Shown: positions 10,204-17,257 of the stretch, piece after piece
Position numbering within the stretch: position 1 is the stretch's first letter
Layout of the letters: each line of letters begins with the position of its first letter
Source: Promethearchaeota archaeon
GTDB lineage: Archaea; Asgardarchaeota; Lokiarchaeia; Sigyniarchaeales; SOKP01
Direction of reading: 5' to 3'
Assembly: GCA_048937405.1 (NCBI GenBank)
Contig: JBHLNF010000001.1
Location: 416,001 to 480,000, forward strand
Length of the DNA stretch: 64,000 nucleotides
Program-made: the position numbers and the translations under genes
The notes under the pieces: generated by a model
What the model saw: only the letters and a program-made list of their open reading frames with translations
The model's database searches: none
Told to the model about the DNA's origin: nothing

Positions 10204-11018
10204 TTATACCCATTCTTCTTTTAAAATATTTCCTTTTATACCTACGACAACTAATTTAATTGGAACTTTTCTACTTGCTCGTTTAGTCGCTTCTTGAGCT
10301 AAAGCTAATAGACCAGAACAACAAGGAACTTCCATAATAACAACTGTAAGTGTATTTATTTTTGCATCATCAATTAGAGTCTTTATTTTTTCTATATACA
10401 CTTCTTTGCCTTGGTCGAGTTTGGGACAAGCTATTGCGATTGACTTTTGTTTCATGAAATCTCTATGAAAATCCCCATATGAAAATCCTACACAATCTGC
10501 TGAAAGCAATACATCAGCTCCTTGGTAATAAGGTGCTCGAGGATTAATTAAATGCATTTGAACAGGCCATTGTCTTAACGCAGAAGGGATTGTTCCTGAT
10601 ATTTCTGTTTGTGTTTCTGGTCCCTCAAAAACCATTGTTTGAGCAGAAGGACAACCACAATGAGAGTTATTATCAGAAAGAATTTCCTGCATTTGTCCCA
10701 TTTTAGTTTTTTCATTTTGTTTCATAGATTCTAAATGTTTCTCAACAGCCTCCTCATCAAATTCTAAAGCTTCCCTTTCAATTATTTCAAGTGCCCCCTC
10801 AGGACAACCAGAAATGCATGCTCCAAGTCCATCACAGAAAACGTCGTTTATTACCCTCGCTTTTCCGTCGATAACTGCGAGCGCGCCTTTTATGCTATAT
10901 AAATCATTCTTTATATTACTGCACAGTCGACTACGCAATTACCACATCCAGTACATAGATCTTCATCAATCTTGATTATTTTTCTTTTTAATAATTTTTG
11001 TTGTTTTACTTCAGTCAT
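10204..11018 (-). CDS. [4Fe-4S] ferredoxin-domain Fe-S protein, 261 aa after removing a 29-nt insert (exons 11018-10919 and 10889-10204)
   Basis: Exon 1 is MTEVKQQKLLKRKIIKIDEDLCTGCGNCVVDCA; the join gives CAEGALAVIDGKA; then CDGLGACISGCPEGAL, QWPVQ, ACPKLD, MEVPCC. The ORF track misses exon 1. Confidence 0.85.
10890..10918 (-). other. candidate BHB/BHL-type pre-mRNA intron (29 nt)
   Basis: Sense GUGC-AG^U-AAUAUAAA-GAAUGA-UUUAUAUA-GCAU-AA^A; GUGC pairs with GCAU; removal restores frame and CAEGAL. Confidence 0.75.
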
Positions 11019-11053
11019 GATTATATCAAATGGATTTGGCTATATATTTTTGA

Positions 11054-11068
11054 TTTCGAACATGTTCA
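11054..11068. promoter_or_regulatory. palindromic operator TTTCGAACATGTTCA
   Basis: Perfect GAACATGTTC core about 40 bp upstream of the ferredoxin-domain gene; identical 15-mer inverted at 15025-15039. Confidence 0.65.
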
Positions 11069-11134
11069 TAGGATATTAAAATGCAATTATAAACATTGTA
11101 AAAGAGATGACACAAAAAATTAAAAAAAAGAATA

Positions 11135-12502
11135 TTAAGATTTGATATAATAATCATATTTTTTTTTAATCAATATAGCAATGGTTACACTTAACACTGC
11201 AACAATCAGGACTAAAATATAACCTGGAATTTCAGAACTTGGTGTAGCGAGTCCCCCATCTGTAATAATCCAAGAAAAGTTAGTAATGATAAATTGTTTT
11301 GCATTTTCGGAAGCATTGCTATATTTTGAATTACCTGCATTAAAGTTTACGTTAGGTTGTAAGGGTAATTGCGACCAGCCTAATAATAAATTATCATAGT
11401 TGGATGTTGACAATTTAACTTTATAGAACATATCTGTCATATCTGTCACTCTCGAAACATTCCAGCTACCGAGGGGCTGGTTGAATGAAGACGTCCAGGA
11501 GAACATGTAAGCCATATTTGTCACTCTTGAAACGTTCCAGTTATCGAGGGGCTGGTTAAATGAAGTATCTGAAAACATAGATTCCATATTTGTCACTCTC
11601 GAGACATCCCAATTATTGATGGGTTGGTTAAATGAATCAGCTGATAGGAACATCCCTTGCATATTTGTCACGATCCAGACATCCCAGTCACTGATGGGCT
11701 GGTTGAATGAATTAGCCATGTAAAACATAAGTTCCATGTCATTTACGCTCGAAACATCCCAACTTCCGATCGGCTGGTTGAAGGAATCGGCCCCCCGAAA
11801 CATAGCACTCATATCTCTAACACTTGAGACGTCCCAGCTTCCGATGGGTTGGTTGAAGGAATGAGCATTATAGAACATATTACTCATGTCTGTTACATTC
11901 GAGACATCCCATCCGTTCATACTATCACTATCACCGAGATTAGGGCAATACCAAAAAGCTCCATGTAATATAGTAGTCCCCCTTAAATCCAAATTATCAG
12001 TTGCAGTAAGTTCTAGATTTTTACAACCATAAAAATAATGCCCCGAATTTCCTAATCGTAAAGATCCCCATTGTTTGATATCAATTATCTTTAACCGATC
12101 TCCTTCATCATTAAAACACCACCCAATAATCATTCCTGTGATCGTAATGGTGTAAACCCCTTCTGATGCATACGTATGTAAAATGTTAGGGTCATTGAAA
12201 AGCGTGATTAGATCGCTGTTTCCATCGCCCCAAAAAACTGTAAAATCATAGTTACCATCCCATTGTAGTGGTAATTTCACTTGATTACTGTTGCTGGAAT
12301 CCGAGCTTGTCTTTGTTGTATCCCAGACTGATATAAAATCCATTGGATCTGATGTAATAGGTTTAAGAAATTCACATTTAGTAGTTATTAGCTTTTGCTC
12401 GTGAAATAGATATGTAAATACCGAAAAGGTCACAATTGTCAAAGAAAATAATATTATCGTTGCACTTAATTTAACTGATTTGAATTTCATTAATCTAAAC
12501 AC
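11135..12502 (-). CDS. DUF285/BspA-like surface repeat protein with C-terminal IPGY-TM-basic sorting signal
   Basis: N-terminal hydrophobic segment, VFWGDG PKD-like motif, repeats of MFxxAxSFNQPIGSWDVSxV, C-terminal EIPGY + TM + KKK. Confidence 0.88.
   Translation of the reverse strand: MFRLMKFKSVKLSATIILFSLTIVTFSVFTYLFHEQKLITTKCEFLKPITSDPMDFISVWDTTKTSSDSSNSNQVKLPLQWDGNYDFTVFWGDGNSDLITLFNDPNILHTYASEGVYTITITGMIIGWCFNDEGDRLKIIDIKQWGSLRLGNSGHYFYGCKNLELTATDNLDLRGTTILHGAFWYCPNLGDSDSMNGWDVSNVTDMSNMFYNAHSFNQPIGSWDVSSVRDMSAMFRGADSFNQPIGSWDVSSVNDMELMFYMANSFNQPISDWDVWIVTNMQGMFLSADSFNQPINNWDVSRVTNMESMFSDTSFNQPLDNWNVSRVTNMAYMFSWTSSFNQPLGSWNVSRVTDMTDMFYKVKLSTSNYDNLLLGWSQLPLQPNVNFNAGNSKYSNASENAKQFIITNFSWIITDGGLATPSSEIPGYILVLIVAVLSVTIAILIKKKYDYYIKS
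11440..11915 (-). repeat. coding tandem repeat, about 6 units of 72-75 bp
   Basis: Recurring ggttgaatgaa/ggttgaaggaa and gacatccca units encoding the 24-25-aa repeat. Confidence 0.85.
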
Positions 12503-12826
12503 ATTTTCTCATTAATTTTTTTTACATTTTTGTATTTCTTAAGTTAAATTATATCTATACCTTTCCTAAATAAAAAAATATCGAATTTGTGAGAACAGAG
12601 AATATCAATAAATTTTATACATTTAAAACTATAAACCTAGATTTTATAAAAAGTTCCTACAGAAATAAAAAAGAAAAATTATGATAAGAAACATAAGAAT
12701 TTATGTATTCATTTTAATCTTAAGTATGTGTTACGCCACTTTATAAGTAAATTTTCCTTAATTAGATATTATCTTAATAAATCAAATTGAATAGATAAAA
12801 TACAATAAAAAGAGATAAAAGATAAA

Positions 12827-13015
12827 ATAACGGAAGATTTTAAAATAATTGAAGTAACTAATGTTATGAAGGCTGGTAGAACCGTTAAGATAAAAATTTG
12901 GGAAGAATTCATTGAAATTGCGAAAAATAATAAAGTTGATAAAGTCTATAAATATGGTAAATTGCATTTTATGCTCCTTAGAGATGGAATTTATCAAATA
13001 AAAAAGAAAAAATAA
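12827..13015 (+). CDS. small hypothetical protein (62 aa from ATA; 49 aa from ATG 12866)
   Basis: Open frame (I)TEDFKIIEVTNVMKAGRTVKIKIWEEFIEIAKNNKVDKVYKYGKLHFMLLRDGIYQIKKKK with protein-like composition. Confidence 0.5.
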   Translation: MTEDFKIIEVTNVMKAGRTVKIKIWEEFIEIAKNNKVDKVYKYGKLHFMLLRDGIYQIKKKK

Positions 13016-13043
13016 AAAAAAATATAAATCTAAAGTAAAGATA

Positions 13044-14948
13044 TTAAATACCTAATTTTCTCCTATTCTTTTCAATGTGAGTTAACATCGCATCTACAGC
13101 GTGAATTGGATCAGTTTCGACATGTAAAATTCCACCTGTTAAATCTTTGCAATCTTCAGTTAGAAGTTTTACTAAATCAGCACCTCCAGTAACTGTAGGT
13201 ATTGGATTGACATAAGTATATAGACCAAACGCTAGGGCAAATATTGCATCGATCGTCGCTTTTTGTTCCATGTATTCTGGAGCCGCAGCTATTACTGGTA
13301 AATCAGGAATTGGTACACCACCAAGTGCTGCAGAAATTATTCCTATCAAATCAGCAACTCTTCCTGTATCTGTACATGTTCCGTAGCTAAGAACAGGGGG
13401 AATTCCTAATTTTTCACAAACTGCTTTTAAACCAGGACCTGCCAATTCCTTTGCTTCTGGTAAACATAATCCTCCTACTTGCAATGCCCCATTTCCACAA
13501 CCCATTGATAATACCAAGACATCTCTTTTGATTAATTCTTTAGCTACTTGAATTGTATGCACGTCTTGTCCATAATCCCTAAGCGTTGTGCAGGATACCA
13601 GTCCTGCTACACCTCGTATGGTACCATTCTTAATTACTTCGAGCAATGGTTCAAGTGTACCTCCAAGAGCAGTAAGTATACTCTCACTAGAAAAACCCAC
13701 GACCGCTTCATTTAAATCTAATCCTGTTATAGGTTCAATATTTGCTTTACGCTCTTTAAAATTATCAATCGCCATTTGTAGTAATGTCGCGGCTTGTTCT
13801 TCAGCTTTATCTGGCTTATAATCTACCCTTTCAGTAATACCTTCAAAAGCTACAACTTCAGAAACTGGAACTAGTTTGAATTTATATTTCTCTGCATATA
13901 TAGGATCAATTGGCATACAACAATTCATATCACAGATAAATGCATCAATACAACCACTTGCCAAAATCGCCTCTTGCATTATCCAATTTCCTGTAAATCC
14001 ATAAAAAACGTCATCCATTTCCCATCTTTGTATCATTTCTTGTCCAGTCTCGATATTTGCAATTATTCTCAATCCTTTTGCACCAACTGCTTTTGCTTTT
14101 TCTTGCCATTCAGACTTTCTAGCCAGTTGGACCATCGCAAATCCTAAAAATGGTTCATGCCCATTTGGAAGAATATTTACATAATCAGGATCTAATACAC
14201 CTAGGTTAACTCTCATTTTATGTGGTCTTGGAATATTGAATAAGATATCTTGAGTAAATTCATTAACAATTTGACTTTGATATGCCATTGCTATCCCTAA
14301 TCTCATAGCCTTGAGGGCTAAACTTGCATAATATCCATCTACATTTGTTAGACAAGAGCTTGTTGAAAACATCATTTCACTATATAATCCGCCAGGAAAA
14401 ATTCCTAATTTTCTCCATACCTCCTGTCTTTCTTTCGGTGCTAGTTTCTCAACAATTTTGCTTTTCTCATCATAAGGGATATTAAAATCTTCCTTTACAA
14501 AATAATATAGTCTTAGAGCAATATCTTTTTCTTGACCAGACGTGTCTAAACCAAGACGTTCAGCAAAAACTTTTAGTTTCTCAGGTTCGGAGATTTTAAA
14601 TGGGGTTTTACCCTCTACTGTAGCTTTTAAGGTTTTCAAAGTTGTTTCAGTATGATAATGGTAAGTAGATGCTCCCATAACATTCCTAAGAAGCATCATA
14701 CGCATTGCCATACCATCTGCTGTAATTCCACAGACTCCACGTTTATCTATTGATGAATCTGCTCTACAAGGACCATTTGAACATAGATCACAACGTGCAC
14801 CTTTTAAACAAAATGGACATCGTTTATCGGGATCTCCTCCAAATCCCTGTGCTTCAAAACGATCCCAAATATTATTCATACCATCTTTTTTAATCCTTTC
14901 ATAAACTTTTTGGACGGATTTATGATAAGAGATTCTATCATCTTCCAT
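13044..14948 (-). CDS. cooS: anaerobic Ni-carbon monoxide dehydrogenase catalytic subunit
   Basis: CDLCSNGPCR..GVCG B-cluster, NGHEP, IETGQE, DMNC, GCG, GTCTDTGR, PEYMEQKA. Confidence 0.9.
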   Translation of the reverse strand: MEDDRISYHKSVQKVYERIKKDGMNNIWDRFEAQGFGGDPDKRCPFCLKGARCDLCSNGPCRADSSIDKRGVCGITADGMAMRMMLLRNVMGASTYHYHTETTLKTLKATVEGKTPFKISEPEKLKVFAERLGLDTSGQEKDIALRLYYFVKEDFNIPYDEKSKIVEKLAPKERQEVWRKLGIFPGGLYSEMMFSTSSCLTNVDGYYASLALKAMRLGIAMAYQSQIVNEFTQDILFNIPRPHKMRVNLGVLDPDYVNILPNGHEPFLGFAMVQLARKSEWQEKAKAVGAKGLRIIANIETGQEMIQRWEMDDVFYGFTGNWIMQEAILASGCIDAFICDMNCCMPIDPIYAEKYKFKLVPVSEVVAFEGITERVDYKPDKAEEQAATLLQMAIDNFKERKANIEPITGLDLNEAVVGFSSESILTALGGTLEPLLEVIKNGTIRGVAGLVSCTTLRDYGQDVHTIQVAKELIKRDVLVLSMGCGNGALQVGGLCLPEAKELAGPGLKAVCEKLGIPPVLSYGTCTDTGRVADLIGIISAALGGVPIPDLPVIAAAPEYMEQKATIDAIFALAFGLYTYVNPIPTVTGGADLVKLLTEDCKDLTGGILHVETDPIHAVDAMLTHIEKNRRKLGI

Positions 14949-15024
14949 AAATAATCACTTCTCTCTAATTTTTCTAAAAATTGTAGTATTTAACAAATAA
15001 ACTGATTTAATTTAAAATTGTTGT

Positions 15025-15039
15025 TGAACATGTTCGAAA
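15025..15039. promoter_or_regulatory. palindromic operator TGAACATGTTCGAAA
   Basis: In the divergent cooS / NADH oxidoreductase intergenic region; reverse complement of 11054-11068. Confidence 0.65.
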
Positions 15040-15106
15040 GGAATTTACTTAAAGATTACATTATATAATAAAAACTTTAATATAAAATGTAAAAACTAGT
15101 TATGCA

Positions 15107-16459
15107 ATGAAAGTTGTAATAATAGGGAATAATGTTGCTGGGACATTCACCGCCCAGAACCTCAGAAATCTTAACAATGATATTGAAATAGATATATATA
15201 CCCAAGAAAGATACCCTTACTATACAAGAGTCAATCTACCAGAATTAATATCTGAAAAAGTAACAATTGATGATTTAATTGTTTTTAAAGAAGATTGGTA
15301 CAAAAATAAGCGTCTAAATTTATATCTAGAAAAAAGAGTTAATACTCTCAATCTAAGTAATAAAACATTACAGATAGAAGGGGAAAATGATCCGATCATC
15401 TATGATAAACTTGTTTTAGCACTTGGAAGTACTCCAAATATTCCTCCTATTAAAAATGCTGTTGAAATGAAAAATGAAAACAAGGGATTATTTACATTAA
15501 GAAGTATTGATGATGCTTTAGACATAAAAGATTTTATCAAAAATAAGAATGCTAAAAATGCTATCATTATAGGAGGGGGTTTACTCGGTTTAGAATTAGC
15601 AAATCAAATAAATAATACCAATTTAATGACAACAGTAGTAGAATTTTTTCCCCGATTATTACCAAGACAGTTAGATATTGAATGTGGTGCGATGCTAAAA
15701 GAAGAAATCGAAAGTAGAGGAATTAAGGTTGTTTTAGATGCAGTCACAGAAGAAATTCTTGGAAATAGTGTAGTTTCGGGAATTAAATTAAAAAATGGAA
15801 AAACAATAAATGGGGATCTTGTATTAATTCAGGCTGGCATTAGACCTACAATTGATTTGGCTAAAAATGCTGGATTAAATACAAATAGAGGAATAATGGT
15901 TGATGATTTTTTACAAACCAGCGAAAAGGATATCTTTGCTGTAGGAGATTGTATAGAATACAAAGATCAAATATGGGGTATTATTCCAGCGTGCATGGAA
16001 CAATCAAAAATTGCAGCAGCTTCATTACTTGGATTAAAAAAAGTGGATTACAAGGGGACTATACCGAAAAATACCCTTAAAATAGTAGGATTAGATTTAA
16101 CCTCGATAGGAATGATAAATCCTGACAAGGAACAAACGGGTGGTTGGGAAATCCTAAGAAGGGCTGATAAGAAGGATTGTTGTTATCAAAAATTAGTATT
16201 AAAAGATAATAAGTTAAAAGGAGCAATATTATTTGGAGAAAATAAAATAATGTCTTACGTATATAATAAAATGGAAGAAAATGTTGATAAGGCTGAACTT
16301 AAAAAATTGTTAGATTTAAGTACTTATACTTGTAATAAGTGTGGTTTAGAATATGATGAGGCCGAAATGGGTATTCTCTTTGAGGATTTACCTCCTGATT
16401 GGAAATGTCCAAATTGCAAATGTACCAAAAAAGAATTTGTAGGAAATAGCAGTATCTAA
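15107..16459 (+). CDS. NADH:rubredoxin oxidoreductase-like flavoprotein with C-terminal rubredoxin domain
   Basis: IIGGGLLGLE, IFAVGDC; C-terminal YTCNKCGLEYD..FEDLPPDWKCPNC. Confidence 0.88.
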   Translation: MKVVIIGNNVAGTFTAQNLRNLNNDIEIDIYTQERYPYYTRVNLPELISEKVTIDDLIVFKEDWYKNKRLNLYLEKRVNTLNLSNKTLQIEGENDPIIYDKLVLALGSTPNIPPIKNAVEMKNENKGLFTLRSIDDALDIKDFIKNKNAKNAIIIGGGLLGLELANQINNTNLMTTVVEFFPRLLPRQLDIECGAMLKEEIESRGIKVVLDAVTEEILGNSVVSGIKLKNGKTINGDLVLIQAGIRPTIDLAKNAGLNTNRGIMVDDFLQTSEKDIFAVGDCIEYKDQIWGIIPACMEQSKIAAASLLGLKKVDYKGTIPKNTLKIVGLDLTSIGMINPDKEQTGGWEILRRADKKDCCYQKLVLKDNKLKGAILFGENKIMSYVYNKMEENVDKAELKKLLDLSTYTCNKCGLEYDEAEMGILFEDLPPDWKCPNCKCTKKEFVGNSSI

Positions 16460-16485
16460 TTATATTAGAAAAGAGGTGGTTATAG

Positions 16486-16632
16486 ATTTCAGTATATCGC
16501 TGTAAGAGATGTAATTATCTTTATATAAATGAAGAAAAGAAGATACCTTTTGAAGAATTAGATGAAAATGAATATAAATGTCCTAAATGTCGTTCTTCAA
16601 AAAAATTCTTTGTTAAAAAGGAAATTCAATAA
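16486..16632 (+). CDS. rubredoxin-like protein (48 aa, ATT start)
   Basis: (I)SVYRCKRCNYLY..PFEELDENEYKCPKCRSSKKFF; GAGGTG SD 7 nt upstream; in-frame TAG directly before ATT. Confidence 0.75.
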   Translation: MSVYRCKRCNYLYINEEKKIPFEELDENEYKCPKCRSSKKFFVKKEIQ

Positions 16633-16888
16633 AAAACAAAAAATTGATTAGTTTATAAAATTCATTAGCTTATAAAACCAAAAATAACAAAATCTTCTTT
16701 ATTTTATGTAATATACTTACCCTTTATTTCAATTTAATAGATTTTATTCAAAATAATAGGTTAGATTATTATTTGTTTAATCTAATTGGATCAATTTATA
16801 AAATATTAAATTAATATATTTAATATATTTTCAATTTCAAACCATATAATCAAATTCTACAACTTAAAATTAAAAGGATGTGTTAAAT

Positions 16889-17058
16889 TTGGCAAAATGG
16901 GAATGTCAAGCTTGTGGATATGTTTATGATGAAGAAGCTGAAGGTACAAAATTTGAAGATTTACCAGACGATTGGACTTGTCCTGTATGTGGCGTAGTCA
17001 TGATAGGATCTCCCATTATGGCGTAAGAAAGGACATGTTCGAGAAGATTGAAGGTTAA
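16889..17058 (+). CDS. rubredoxin, 46 aa after removing a 29-nt insert (exons 16889-16997 and 17027-17058)
   Basis: Spliced product [46 protein letters not shown]; TTG start. Confidence 0.88.
16998..17026 (+). other. candidate BHB/BHL-type pre-mRNA intron (29 nt)
   Basis: GCGU-AG^U-CAUGAU-AGGAUCUCCC-AUUAUG-GCGU-AA^G; GCGU pairs with GCGU; removal gives CGVGKDMF. Confidence 0.75.
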
Positions 17059-17257
17059 ATAGTATAATTTATAATTAAAATAGTTTTTTTTTTAAATTTT
17101 TTAAATTCTAATATTAAATTAATAGTAATTTTGCATAAGATTTGATTTCTAAATCTATAGAAATAAATTTATTTGAGATTTATATTAAAAATCATATAAA
17201 TTAAAGATTTAATAATACTATCAGCCTAAAATTCTTTTGAAACAATTTTTTATTTAA

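Noticed and set aside
10890-10938. ORF-track N-terminus MRSRLCSNIKNDLYSIK of the 244-aa ORF
   Set aside because: It is an out-of-frame reading of exon 1 plus the insert; the true ferredoxin N-terminus starts at 11018
11058-11067. GAACATGTTC as a Firmicute LexA box or p53 half-site
   Set aside because: The LexA Cheo box has a 4-nt spacer; the p53 match is coincidental in an archaeon
11440-11915. Tandem repeats as a CRISPR array or DGR template/variable repeats
   Set aside because: In-frame coding repeats without unique spacers; no cas genes or reverse transcriptase in the window
16990-17025. 7-bp direct repeat TGGCGTA read as a transposon target-site duplication or excision scar
   Set aside because: No transposase nearby, and the second 29-nt insert has no such duplication. 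The repeat is largely explained by the self-complementary GCGU helix, and the BHB register restores the better consensus (G rather than R). Kept only as the null hypothesis.
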